Positions 1 through 10,158 of a DNA stretch of 41,528 nucleotides are shown here, in pieces. The notes beneath the pieces are model-generated. The model was not told where the DNA came from, made no database searches, and worked only from the letters and a program-made list of their open reading frames with translations. The DNA comes from an uncultured Mycobacterium sp. (GTDB taxonomy: Bacteria > Actinomycetota > Actinomycetes > Mycobacteriales > Mycobacteriaceae): contig NZ_CAXUCH010000012.1 in the NCBI RefSeq assembly GCF_964249325.1, positions 1 to 41,528 of the forward strand, written 5' to 3'. The position numbers and the translations under genes were made by a program. Within the stretch, counting starts at the first letter, position 1; each line of letters begins with the position of its first letter.

Positions 1-5
1 CCTTT

Positions 6-1049
6 CTAGAGACGGTGCATCAGTAAGCCCGGGACCAGCTCCTCGTCGGCGGGGTCGGCGCAGGCATCGGCACACAGCACGTCGGTCGCTAAATCGCCGA
101 GGTCACGGTCGGTTTCGGAGGCCATGAGCTTGAGTACCGAGAATTCCGGTGAGCTCAGGTCGCCCCGCTCGACGGCGCGCTGCCAGGTAAACCGCAATAG
201 CCAGATCCGCGCCCACAGTTTGGTCATGACCCGCGAGAGCGACGGGTCGAGCAGGTGGTGGCTTCGGGCGGCGTCGACCAGCTGCTCGTGGCGGCGGAAC
301 ATCGCGACGGCCTGCGAGCCGACGGTCAACCGCTCGCGGCCCAGCGTCGCCAGCGCGATCGTCCACCCCTGCCCGACTTCGCCGATCAACGCGTCGCCGT
401 CGAGTTCGACGGCGTCGAAAAAGACTTCGTTGAACTTGGATTCACCGTCGATTTGCCGCAGCGGTCGCACGGTGATGCCGCGCAGGTGCATCGGCATGAT
501 GAACATCGACAAGCCGCGGTTCTTGTCTTCGCCGGTGCGCGCGAGCAGGATTCCGTAGTCGGCGGATGCGGCCGCCGAGCTCCACACCTTCTGTCCGTCG
601 ACGCGCCAGCCGGTGTCAGTCTTGTGTGCGCGGGTGCGAACGGCTGCCAGATCGGATCCCGCCCCGGGTTCGGAGAACAGTTGGCACCAAATGTGTTCGC
701 CGGTGCGGATGGACTCGAGATAGGTAGCCCGCTGCTGGTCGCTACCGAACGTGATCAGCACCGGTCCAACCAGGTCGGGCCCGGCGATGCTGAGCTGTCG
801 GGGCACGCCGGCGTAGGCGCATTCCTCGGCGAAGACGGCTTGCAGGGCGACCGATGCGTCGGCGCCACCGTAGTCACGCGGCCAGTGCAGGCACGTGTAA
901 CCGTGCTCGGCCAGGTAGCGGTGCCATTGTCGGCCCGGTTCGACGTCGGAGGCGGTGGGGGTTTGCCCGTAGTTGCGTAAACCGGAGGGTTTGGGTGCGG
1001 CTTGCAGGAAGGCGCGGATCTCGCGGCGCAGGGTGTCAATGTCGTCCAC
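6..1049 (-). pseudogene. Acyl-CoA dehydrogenase (FadE-type), C-terminally truncated
   Basis: WCQLFSEPGAGSDLA, DGQKVWSS and FNEVFFD motifs present. Ends EELVPGLLMHRL* without the family C-terminal TIxGGTxEIxRN helix. Confidence 0.8.
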
Positions 1050-1065
1050 GTGGTCGGCTCACTTG

Positions 1066-2190
1066 CTATCCGAGCAGCTTGGCCGCGGCGGCCAGCCGGT
1101 CCCAATGTTGACCTGGTAGACCGAACAGCACCTCGTCGGTGCGTGCCCGCTTGACGTACAGACCGGCGGAGTGTTCCCAGGTGAACCCGATACCGCCGTG
1201 GATTTGCAGGTTGGCGTGGGAGACGGCACGTAGGGCCTCCGAGCACACCGCGTTGGCCATGCTGACGCGCCAGCTGCTTTCAGCGTCGCCATCATCGATC
1301 GATTGCAGCGCGGCCAACGAGGCCGAGCGCGCCAACTCGAGGTCGACCAGCATATCCGCGCAACGATGTTTGATGGCTTGGAAGCTGCCGATAGGGCGCC
1401 CGAATTGTTCTCGGGTGCAGGCATATTCGCGGGCCAGTTCCAGCACGCGTTCGCAGGCCCCCACCTGCTCGGCCGACAGCACCGCCAGTGCGCGGTTGGC
1501 GCAGCGGTCGATGACGTCGTCGACCGGCCCGTCGCCGATGAGTCGCGCGGCAGGCGCACGGGTGAACGTGATCGTCGCCATCGGGCGCGTCCAGTCGAGC
1601 ACCCGTTCGGCTTCACCGGTGATACCGGCGTCGGCGGTGTCGAGCACGAACACCGCGGGCTCCCCGTCGGCGATGGCGACGACTACGAGGTCATCGGCGG
1701 CGCTGCCGTGCAGCACGTGGCGCACGGTGCCGTCGATGCTCCATCGCGTGCCGGCGCGCGTGGCGGTGAGAGTGATATCGGCACGGTCCCACAACCCGCC
1801 GGTGCCGGTGATGGCGGCGGCGGCGCTGCGTTCACCGCTGATCAGCGGCTCCAGCCGCTCGACGGGCGCGCCGGTCTCGACGAGCAGTCCGCTGGCCAAT
1901 ACCGCCGACGCCACCAACGGGACGGGCGCCAGCACGCGGCCCAGTTCGTGGGCCACCACGCCCAGCGTCGTCGCGCCAAAGCCTGCCCCGCCAACCTGTT
2001 CGGGCAACGCGATGGCGCTAACGCCGACTTGGCCGCACAGCACCGACCACAGGTGGGCGTCGAATCCCCGCTCCTTACCCTCCTGTTCCAAAGCCACTGC
2101 ACGCACCCGCTGCTCAGTGGCCAGCCGCTGGCAGACGGCGCGAACCGAATGGGCGAGTTCGCTTTTTTCGTCGGCGGACAGTGTGGTCAT
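1066..2190 (-). CDS. Acyl-CoA dehydrogenase, probable partner subunit of a heteromeric ACAD
   Basis: REQFGRPIGSFQAIKHRCADM and HGGIGFTWEH motifs; tandem with 6..1049. Confidence 0.92.
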   Translation of the reverse strand: MTTLSADEKSELAHSVRAVCQRLATEQRVRAVALEQEGKERGFDAHLWSVLCGQVGVSAIALPEQVGGAGFGATTLGVVAHELGRVLAPVPLVASAVLASGLLVETGAPVERLEPLISGERSAAAAITGTGGLWDRADITLTATRAGTRWSIDGTVRHVLHGSAADDLVVVAIADGEPAVFVLDTADAGITGEAERVLDWTRPMATITFTRAPAARLIGDGPVDDVIDRCANRALAVLSAEQVGACERVLELAREYACTREQFGRPIGSFQAIKHRCADMLVDLELARSASLAALQSIDDGDAESSWRVSMANAVCSEALRAVSHANLQIHGGIGFTWEHSAGLYVKRARTDEVLFGLPGQHWDRLAAAAKLLG

Positions 2191-3341
2191 CGGCTCAAGA
2201 TCGCGACGGCGGCGCTGCCGGGGGCTCCGTACAGCTGGGCCATGGCCGCCGTCGGGTTGTTGGGCACCTGGCGGTCGCCGGCGCTGCCGCGCAGTTGGTG
2301 GACCAGCTCATAGACCTGCCGCAGTCCGGAAGCGCCGACCGGTTCGCCGTTGGCGATCAGTCCGCCGTCGGTGTTGATGGGAATCCGGCCTCCGATTTCG
2401 GTGGCGCCGTCGGCGATGAGGGCCTCCTGCTCGCCGTCTTTGCATAGCCCCGTTTCAGCCATGTGGATCACCTCGGAGCCGGAGTCGGTGTCTTGCAACT
2501 GGGCGACATCGATGTCCGCCGGTCCGATGCCGGACGACTCGTAGGCGGCCGCGGCGGCCTGCGCGGTGGTGCCCGGCACGAGCGGCAGTTCGATCGAGGT
2601 CCGCAATAACTCGAACGCGCCGTCGCGGCGGCTGCGCAGTTCGCTGGCGCGCAGGTATACCGGCGTGGGGGTGTAGCGCTTCGCCACCTCGGCCCGGCAC
2701 ACCACCGCGGCCGCGGCCCCCTCGTTGGGGTTGCAGTACATGTATTGGCGCAACGGCGCATTGACAACGGGAGAGGCCAGGACGGCATCGGCGCTCATCG
2801 GCTTGCGGCGCCATGCATGTGGCGCAAGGGCGCCGTTGGCGAAGTTCTTCTCGGCGATCTTGGCCAGCGTGCGCTCAGTAATGCCGTGGTCATGCATGTA
2901 ACGCATGATCTTGTGCCCGAAGTAGTGGGTGGTCAAAAACATGCCCTGGTCGCCGTACCACTGGGGCAGTCCGGACACCGACGGATCGGCGCCGAATGCG
3001 CCGCGGGGATGCTTGTCCAGCCCGACCGCCACCGCCAGTTCGGCCTCGCCCAATTGCACGTCCCGCGCCGCCAGGGTCAACAGCGTATTGCCGGTGGCGC
3101 AGCCGCTCAACGCCGAGCGCACGGGCACACCGGTCATGCCGGCAAGCAGGGTGACGGCTTCAGGGTTGGCCACCTCCAGGCTGCCCGCCCAGACGCTGCC
3201 GATCTGGCTCCACTCGACTCCGGCATCTCGCAAGGCCCGGTTGATGGCGATCGCCCCCATTTCCAGTGCGGACCGGTCGGCATACCGTCCGAAAGGGTGG
3301 ATTCCGACACCGATGATCGCAATCTGCGGGGTGTTGGTCAT
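2187..3341 (-). CDS. Thiolase family (SCP-x/lipid-transfer-protein type)
   Basis: IIGVGIHPFGR, SGCATG and NTDGGLIANGEPVGASG motifs; GAGGAG RBS before ATG 3341; ATGA overlap with the next gene. Confidence 0.9.
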   Translation of the reverse strand: MTNTPQIAIIGVGIHPFGRYADRSALEMGAIAINRALRDAGVEWSQIGSVWAGSLEVANPEAVTLLAGMTGVPVRSALSGCATGNTLLTLAARDVQLGEAELAVAVGLDKHPRGAFGADPSVSGLPQWYGDQGMFLTTHYFGHKIMRYMHDHGITERTLAKIAEKNFANGALAPHAWRRKPMSADAVLASPVVNAPLRQYMYCNPNEGAAAAVVCRAEVAKRYTPTPVYLRASELRSRRDGAFELLRTSIELPLVPGTTAQAAAAAYESSGIGPADIDVAQLQDTDSGSEVIHMAETGLCKDGEQEALIADGATEIGGRIPINTDGGLIANGEPVGASGLRQVYELVHQLRGSAGDRQVPNNPTAAMAQLYGAPGSAAVAILSR

Positions 3342-3450
3342 GGCGCTCCTCGGCAGCAACAATGATGACGTAAACTAGCTAACTATATAGCTCATTGCGG
3401 CGCCGGGCCACCGTCGGGGGCTGCCTGCGCAATGGAGCGAGATGAGAGGA

Positions 3451-3510
3451 GTTGAGCAGCGCGCTGCTGCTTGAGATGGCGTTGAGCAGCGCGCTGCTGC
3501 TTGAGATGGC
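3451..3510 (+). repeat. Exact 30-bp tandem duplication
   Basis: GTTGAGCAGCGCGCTGCTGCTTGAGATGGC occurs twice; each copy contains the palindrome AGCAGCGCGCTGCT. Confidence 0.97.
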
Positions 3511-3538
3511 GCCGCGTGATGCCGACCGAAAGGAGTGA
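3452..3538 (+). pseudogene. Remnant of an almost completely deleted acyl-CoA synthetase (FadD-like)
   Basis: RBS GAGAGGAG then TTG; reads (M)SSALLLEMA twice, then PRDADRKE*. Resembles the MSISLLLEMA N-terminus I recall for mycobacterial adenylate-forming enzymes that precede the 3541 gene family. Confidence 0.55.
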
Positions 3539-3540
3539 AC

Positions 3541-3843
3541 ATGATCAAAAACGGCACCAGGTTGCAGAGCCAGGTCTGCGACACCCAGGTCATCATCGTC
3601 AGGACCGCAGAGAGTCTCAATGATCTGCGGGCCGGTGGCGCGCCGATGATCCCGATGGGCGCCGACAAGGCCCCAGACGCCGTCCTTGCTCCCGCCTTCG
3701 CCGACGGCAGCCTGATGGGCAAACGCTACGTCGATGACAACGGTGCGGAGGTGCTGGTCACCAAAGCGGGCGCCGGCACGCTCACGATTGGACTCACACC
3801 GCTGCGTGTCAAGGAAGCAAAACCATTGCCCGCCAGTGATTAA
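3541..3843 (+). CDS. Conserved actinobacterial hypothetical protein (MIKNGTRLQSQVCDTQVI...PLPASD family)
   Basis: AAGGAG RBS before ATG 3541; 100 aa; recognisable family usually downstream of acyl-CoA ligases. Confidence 0.85.
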   Translation: MIKNGTRLQSQVCDTQVIIVRTAESLNDLRAGGAPMIPMGADKAPDAVLAPAFADGSLMGKRYVDDNGAEVLVTKAGAGTLTIGLTPLRVKEAKPLPASD

Positions 3844-3888
3844 GCCCTGTGCGACCACTTCCGCGTCGCGGGGCTGTGGCGCCGCCGG

Positions 3889-4302
3889 CTACGCCGGCGT
3901 GAACGCGAACGTGACAAACGACTGACCGTCGGTGGTGTCCAGTGTCGTCGTGGTGGATACCATCGACTGGCCGATCCGCAGATCGTCGGCCCCTGCACCT
4001 ACGATGAGTGTCTCCACCAAAACCCCTTCGGGCAGCTCGACGTAGCCGACAACATACGGCTTGAAGCCCTCCGGCGAGCGGTCACCCTTGTACGGCAGTG
4101 GCGGCGCGAACTCCTGGGTCGTATACGTGAACAGGGTCCCCTCGGTGGACAATTCGATCGGCACAATGTCGTCGGTGCCGTCGAAGAGCTCGGCGCGCTC
4201 AGCCGGAAATCTCACGGCGCCCGTCGACCGGCGTCGGGATCCTAACAGCACCGCGCGTTCGCCCTCGACGCGGAACAACCCTTCTGCGATAAGTGCACTC
4301 AT
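3889..4302 (-). CDS. DUF35/ChsH2-type OB-fold protein
   Basis: GTLFTYTTQ and PYVVGYVELPEG OB-fold motifs; directly downstream of a thiolase. Confidence 0.88.
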   Translation of the reverse strand: MSALIAEGLFRVEGERAVLLGSRRRSTGAVRFPAERAELFDGTDDIVPIELSTEGTLFTYTTQEFAPPLPYKGDRSPEGFKPYVVGYVELPEGVLVETLIVGAGADDLRIGQSMVSTTTTLDTTDGQSFVTFAFTPA

Positions 4303-4303
4303 C

Positions 4304-5494
4304 TCATACCACCTCGATGACCATCGCTGAGCCCATGCCTCCGCCGGCGCACATCGACAACACACCGATGCCGCCGCCGCGGCGACGAAGTTCGTAAACC
4401 GCCGATGTCAGCATGCGGGCGCCGGTAGCGGCGATCGGATGCCCGAGGCTGATTCCCGAACCGTAGACATTGACGATTTCCTCGTCGAGGCCCAGTTCAC
4501 GCGAACAGGCGATGGCCTGGGCCGCGAACGCCTCGTTGATCTCGAACAGCGCGACGTCGTCGAGTGTGCGACCGGCGAGGTCAAGAGCTTTGGGGATCGC
4601 GGCAATTGGCGCGCTGCCGGTCCGGCTGGGCGGCACCCCAACCGAACTCCACGACAGGACGGCGGCCAGCGGCTCGCCGCCGACGCCCGGGGCGGTCAGC
4701 GCCACGATCGCCGCCCCGTCGTTCAGGCCCGATGAGTTGCCGGCGGTCACCGTGAAACCATCGATCTCGGGGTGCAGCACCTTGAGCGCGGCGAGCGTTT
4801 CCATGCTGGTGTCGCGGCGCGGATGTTCGTCTTCGCTGAAGGTGATCGTGGTGCCGTCGGTCCTCGGGACATCGATCGCGACGATCTCGTCGGCGAACGA
4901 GCCGGCATCGATAGCCTTGATCGCCCGCTGGTGGCTGCGCAGCGCCCACTCGTCTTGGTCGCGACGGGAAATCCCGTATTGCACTGCGCAGTTGTGCGCG
5001 ACGGTGATCGACATGTCCAGGGCCGGCGCGTCCGGTGTCGGGGGATGCGAGAGCGAATGCCACGGGTCGACGTAGTCGTGGGTGTCCGTTCCGGCGGTGA
5101 ACGGCTTGCGCTTGCGCACGACCGGGGTGGTGGACATCGCTTCTGTGCCGCCGGCCAGTACCGCGCGGGTCATCCCCGACGCGATCTGGCCGGCAGCCAT
5201 GGCGACGGCCGACAGGCTCGAGGCGCACTGCCGGTTGACGGCCACGCCGGGCACGTCGGTCAAACCGAGTTCCACCGCGACGTAGCGGGCGATGTCGCCG
5301 CCGCCCTGCATGACCTCGGCCAGGATGAGGTCGTCGAAGTCGGCGGCCTGCAGCCCGGAGCGTTCGACGACCGCCGACACCACCGGCTTGGCCAGTTCGC
5401 TGGCTTCCATGTTGGCCAGGGTGCCCTTTCGAGCGGTGCCGATCGGCGTGCGTGCTGCGGCGACGACGATCGCCGGGGGAGTGGCTTTGGCCAT
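4304..5494 (-). CDS. Acetyl-CoA C-acyltransferase (classical thiolase, FadA-like)
   Basis: RTPIG, NRQCASS, NEAFA, GHPIAATG and CAGGGMG catalytic motifs. Start is 5494 or 5500. Confidence 0.93.
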   Translation of the reverse strand: MAKATPPAIVVAAARTPIGTARKGTLANMEASELAKPVVSAVVERSGLQAADFDDLILAEVMQGGGDIARYVAVELGLTDVPGVAVNRQCASSLSAVAMAAGQIASGMTRAVLAGGTEAMSTTPVVRKRKPFTAGTDTHDYVDPWHSLSHPPTPDAPALDMSITVAHNCAVQYGISRRDQDEWALRSHQRAIKAIDAGSFADEIVAIDVPRTDGTTITFSEDEHPRRDTSMETLAALKVLHPEIDGFTVTAGNSSGLNDGAAIVALTAPGVGGEPLAAVLSWSSVGVPPSRTGSAPIAAIPKALDLAGRTLDDVALFEINEAFAAQAIACSRELGLDEEIVNVYGSGISLGHPIAATGARMLTSAVYELRRRGGGIGVLSMCAGGGMGSAMVIEVV

Positions 5495-5543
5495 GTCCAT
5501 CCTCACTGTCGGTGGGACTCCTGGCCGACACGGCGGCACAGGG

Positions 5544-5569
5544 TATACGGTTATACAGATAACGGTATA
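5544..5569. promoter_or_regulatory. Inverted-repeat operator candidate between divergent thiolase and MaoC genes
   Basis: TATACGGTTAT-ACAG-ATAACGGTATA: 11-bp arms, one mismatch, AT-rich. Confidence 0.6.
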
Positions 5570-5590
5570 TCAAGAGGAGTGGCGACATCT

Positions 5591-6246
<656 letters not shown>

Positions 6247-6255
6247 CGCGGCGAA

Positions 6256-6735
6256 TCAAACCAACGAGGGCCGCAGTCCGTCGTAGGGCACCAGCCGTCC
6301 CGTCAGGCCTTCGGGTTTGCCGATGGTGCGCGGCACCAGCAGGCGGCGACTGAACCGCCAGCCGACGTCGAGGCGAACGACGTCGTCTTCATAGATCCCG
6401 AGGAACTGGATCGGGCGCCCATCCGAACGCCGCCGCGCCCACTCGGTGATCGGAAATCGTGCGCGGGCCTGGTCATGCTCGACATGAACGAGCCCTTGGT
6501 GCACCGTCTGGAACACGAACTCAAGATCGGCGGTGGTGGCCGTCAGCACCTCCGCGATTGCGTGCGGGCCAACGGCATCGGCGGTAGTCGGCGAGGACAA
6601 CACACCGTCGGGTGCATAGACCTGCACGGCTTCGCCGATGTCGCCCCGGGATATGGCCTCGGCATAGCCGGCGGCCAGGTGCTGGATCGCGATGACGTCA
6701 GCGACGTTGGCGGCGCTGGGCTCGGGAATCAGCAT
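6256..6735 (-). CDS. SnoaL/NTF2-like family protein
   Basis: IQHLAAGYAEAISRGD, GIYEDDVVR and GWRFSRR; GAGGAG RBS before ATG 6735. Confidence 0.88.
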   Translation of the reverse strand: MLIPEPSAANVADVIAIQHLAAGYAEAISRGDIGEAVQVYAPDGVLSSPTTADAVGPHAIAEVLTATTADLEFVFQTVHQGLVHVEHDQARARFPITEWARRRSDGRPIQFLGIYEDDVVRLDVGWRFSRRLLVPRTIGKPEGLTGRLVPYDGLRPSLV

Positions 6736-7577
6736 GGCGGCTCCTCGACGGCGCGCATCCGCACGAACGCGCTGGCGACAAGTCTGTTCTCGCGGCCTTG
6801 GTCGCGAAGCTCGACACGGCACCCGGCCGCCTGCGACCGGGCCGCCACAAACACCGGGGTGGCCACGAAGGGACCCGATCGACCTGGCGCGACGATCGTC
6901 AAGGCGAGGTGCTCGACCGCCAACGCCTCGGTGCCGAGCGCGGCTGCCGCGGCCTCCAGCGCCGCGGTCTCGGCGATGACGAGCATGGGGCCATGATGGA
7001 GCCGTTCGGTGCCGATCTCCGGGCGAAGACTGGGGATCTCAATGAGACCGTCGCGGCGGCGGCGACCGGTGTAGGCCTGCCACAACGGCACGTCGGCGAC
7101 GCCCTCGGCTCCCTGGCCCGGCTCGGGATAGATGTGGCCCTCCGGCGTCGGGCAGATGACGGACCAATTCGCGGTGCCGAAGCCGATCGGGCGATCCTGG
7201 TCGTCGGCGTCATAGATCCGCGCCTCAGTGAAGATCTGCGACCGCGCTTCCTTGATCACCTGGCCGACCACCAAGACCTCACGTACATCGACGCCGGGGT
7301 CGAGGATTTCCACGTCGATCTGTGTTAGCGCCAGAATCCAGATCCGGTCGACGTTGATGCCCGCGGTGTCGAGCATGGCGATCGCCAACGGTGAAGCAAG
7401 CACCGCCCCCGCCGATGTGCGAAGGTCCGGCCGCAACCGAATCTGATTGTCCGCGTGGGTCCGGTCGATCCAGCGCGGCCTCGAGGCGAGATACCGGTAG
7501 GTGAGCAGCGCATCGACCGAAGCGTCCCACTCCCCGTAGGGGCTGGCGGCCTCACGCCGAGCACCGAGATTGGTCAT
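6729..7577 (-). CDS. Double hotdog-fold (thioesterase-like) protein
   Basis: Two hotdog-like halves (LAIAMLDTAGIN; LHHGPMLVIAE); AAGGAGG RBS before ATG 7577. Confidence 0.75.
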   Translation of the reverse strand: MTNLGARREAASPYGEWDASVDALLTYRYLASRPRWIDRTHADNQIRLRPDLRTSAGAVLASPLAIAMLDTAGINVDRIWILALTQIDVEILDPGVDVREVLVVGQVIKEARSQIFTEARIYDADDQDRPIGFGTANWSVICPTPEGHIYPEPGQGAEGVADVPLWQAYTGRRRRDGLIEIPSLRPEIGTERLHHGPMLVIAETAALEAAAAALGTEALAVEHLALTIVAPGRSGPFVATPVFVAARSQAAGCRVELRDQGRENRLVASAFVRMRAVEEPPC

Positions 7578-8015
7578 GGAGGCCTCCTTGCGCGGTACCG
7601 AGCGACCCGGGCCGATAAGGCTAAATATATAGTGGCATTCTTCTCGGCCGCAGCGCCCACAGGTTGGCAAGATTTGCCGTCGCCGTGGGCCGCCCTCCGA
7701 ACGCCGGGCACTCGATGTCCGGTCGGCGACACCTGCACCAGCTCGAACAGCCTGCGCAGCCAAAGCCGTACCGATGCGACGTTGGTGTCCGTGCATCGCG
7801 TGTCAAGGGGCGCCGCACGATGCACGGACTACTGGCGAATTGTTCGCTCTGGTTCGCGGGCACGTCAATAGGTCTGCAGCCCAGAAGGCAGCGGTGCGCG
7901 GAAGCTTGAACAAAACAGTTAAACAATCAGTTATTTTTCGCTAGCCTCGGCGATGTGAAGTTGCGACTGCGGCGTGTATTGGCACCGTGCACTCGAGGGA
8001 CTTAGGGCAGGCGTC

Positions 8016-8777
8016 GTGACGGCGAGCTTGCACGGGCGCGCCGCCTTGATCACCGGCGGTGGCAGTGGAGTGGGGCGGGGGACTGCGCTGGCGCTGGCTG
8101 ATCGCGGCGCGGCCGTAGCGATACTCGGCCGAACGATGGAGCAGTGCGAGCAGACCGTGCATGACATCGAAAACCGCGGTGGCACAGCAATCGCGTTGGG
8201 CTGCGATGTCACCAAGGCCGACGACATCGACCGTGCGGTAGCAGCTGTCAGCGGCTCCTGGGGGCGCATCGACATAGTTGTGCACTCGGCCCAAAGCTTC
8301 AACTACGGGCCGATACGCAAGCTCAGCGCTGAGGATCTCGATGAGTCGTGGCGCACCGGTCCGCTGGCAGCGTTTCTGCTGATGCGATCGGCCCTTCCCG
8401 CCCTGCGGTCATCGCGGGGGCTGATCGTCAACATCGCCTCCGGCGTCGGTGTCACGGCCCCGCCAGCCATGGCGGCGTACGCCATGGCCAAGGAAGCGTT
8501 GCGCACCCTGACCCGGGTGGCGGCCGTGGAGTGGGGACCCTACGGCATCCGGGCCGTGGCATTGTGTCCCTTCGCCGCCACGCCGGGGCTCGACAACTTC
8601 GACACCACATTCGGCCTGTCCAGCGAGCGCGATCTGGTCCCGCAGATCCCGCTGCGCCGCCTCGGCGATCCCGAGCACGACGTGGGCCGCGTCGTGGCGT
8701 TCCTGGCATCGGAGGACGCCAGCTACATCACGGGAACGACCCTCATGGTCGACGGCGGCTACAGCTACCTGCGATGA
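8016..8777 (+). CDS. Short-chain dehydrogenase/reductase
   Basis: TGGGSGVG, YAMAK and TGTTLMVDGG motifs. Confidence 0.93.
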   Translation: MTASLHGRAALITGGGSGVGRGTALALADRGAAVAILGRTMEQCEQTVHDIENRGGTAIALGCDVTKADDIDRAVAAVSGSWGRIDIVVHSAQSFNYGPIRKLSAEDLDESWRTGPLAAFLLMRSALPALRSSRGLIVNIASGVGVTAPPAMAAYAMAKEALRTLTRVAAVEWGPYGIRAVALCPFAATPGLDNFDTTFGLSSERDLVPQIPLRRLGDPEHDVGRVVAFLASEDASYITGTTLMVDGGYSYLR

Positions 8778-8793
8778 GAAATGGCGGTCGCCG

Positions 8794-9675
8794 ATGAAGT
8801 GGGGAATTGTCTTTTCCAGCACAGGTTTTCCCGATCCGGACAGCGCGGTGGCGCTTGCTCAGACCGCTGAACAGGCCGGCTTCGAGTCGTTGTGGGCGCC
8901 CGAACATGTGGTCATGTCCAAGCGCGCCGATGCCACACCGTACCGCGGCTCGCCCGACGGCAGCATGGCACGGTTGGCCCGGCGAGGCGGCATCCCCGAC
9001 CCGTTGATCTGGTTTGCCTACGTCGCCTCGGCCACCAGCAGGATCCGGTTCGGCACGGGGGTGCTGATTCTGCCGGAGCATCAGCCGGTCGTGCTCGCCA
9101 AGTCGGCCGCGACGCTAGACCACTTGTGTGGTGGGCGGCTCATGCTCGGCGTTGGCGTTGGCGAATTGCCTGAGGAGTATCACGCCGTCGGCATGAATTT
9201 CTCCGACCGCGGCCGACGGATGGACGAGTACATCGACGCCATGCGGGCGCTCTGGCGCGACGACAGCGCATCATTTCACGGCCGTTATGTCGATTTCGAT
9301 CAAGTGGAGTGCCGGCCGTGGCCCGTGCGCCGATCCATCCCGCTGCTGATCGGTGGATCGTCTCCGGCCGCGATCCGGCGCGCGGCCACCCGCGGTGACG
9401 GCTACTTTCCGTTCGTGTTCCCCGGCCACGACCCCTTGGTGGAATTGCCGCGGCTGCTGGATCGCGTGCGTGGCGAAACCGTCGCGGCCGGACGGGATCC
9501 CGCCGCACTGGAATTCACCGCCGGAGGGGCGCGCACCGTTGATGAGGCGAAGGTGTACGCGGAATTCGGCGTGCACCGGCTGACTGTTGCGATTCGCGCC
9601 CGCACCGTCGCCGACATGCGCGATGAAGTCGCCCGACTCGGCGACGAGCTGGTGGCGAAGACCCTCGATTTGTGA
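8794..9675 (+). CDS. F420-dependent LLM-class oxidoreductase (Rv2161c-like)
   Basis: GFESLWAPEHVV, DPLIWFAYVA, GRLMLGVGVG and PLLIGG motifs. Confidence 0.92.
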   Translation: MKWGIVFSSTGFPDPDSAVALAQTAEQAGFESLWAPEHVVMSKRADATPYRGSPDGSMARLARRGGIPDPLIWFAYVASATSRIRFGTGVLILPEHQPVVLAKSAATLDHLCGGRLMLGVGVGELPEEYHAVGMNFSDRGRRMDEYIDAMRALWRDDSASFHGRYVDFDQVECRPWPVRRSIPLLIGGSSPAAIRRAATRGDGYFPFVFPGHDPLVELPRLLDRVRGETVAAGRDPAALEFTAGGARTVDEAKVYAEFGVHRLTVAIRARTVADMRDEVARLGDELVAKTLDL

Positions 9676-9693
9676 AGAGAACCGAGATCTGTG

Positions 9694-10147
9694 ATGGATT
9701 TTTCCCGGATGCGCCTAAGCCTGTCAGAACGGCTGCGGCTGCTGGAGACTCAAACGGAGTGCACGGTCAGCTGGCTGAACTCCGACGGGTGGCCGGTGGC
9801 GGCGATCCAGACTTTCGTGTGGCATCACGACGCACTGTGGGTCACGTCGTTTCGCAACCGTCCGCGCGTTGCCTTGCTGGCGCGCGAACCGCGAAGCGCG
9901 GTCACCGTGTCCAGTACGGGAACGGCGCTGCAGCCCCAGCAGATGGCCAGTGCCCGAACGGTGGCCACAGTGCACGATGAAGCATCCGTCGCTCAATGGT
10001 TCTACGCTGCCTTTTCGCGGCGCGTCGTGGCCGACGAACGCCGCCCGGGCAATGGCACGCACGTTAGCCGGACAAGATCGGGTGATCATCGAGTTGCGCC
10101 CGCAAACGTGGAATACGTTTTCTGGAGCGCGACTACGCGCGAGTTGA
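9694..10147 (+). pseudogene. Pyridoxamine-phosphate-oxidase-like (split-barrel flavin/F420) protein, frameshifted
   Basis: N-terminal part in frame 9691; the natural C-terminus (AARAMAR...DRVIIELRPQTWNTFSG...*10147) is in another frame. Shift near 10039. Confidence 0.75.
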
Positions 10148-10158
10148 CCCGCGCTTGG

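Noticed and set aside
1139-2377. Long antisense ORFs (also 15352..16425, 29024..29713, 36079..37026)
   Set aside because: Shadow frames expected in high-GC coding DNA; no family motifs.
3451-3510. Palindromic 30-bp repeat as a CRISPR array
   Set aside because: Only two adjacent copies, no spacer, no cas genes.
4772-5590. Long N-terminal extension of the MaoC ORF (425 aa), likewise the extensions of the ORFs at 10159..11535 and 22574..24937
   Set aside because: These overlap real genes or remnants; an RBS, a coupled start or the paralog alignment supports shorter proteins.
7620-7930. Possible PucR-like HTH remnant (SVRLWLRRLFEL) on the minus strand
   Set aside because: Similarity too short to support without a search.
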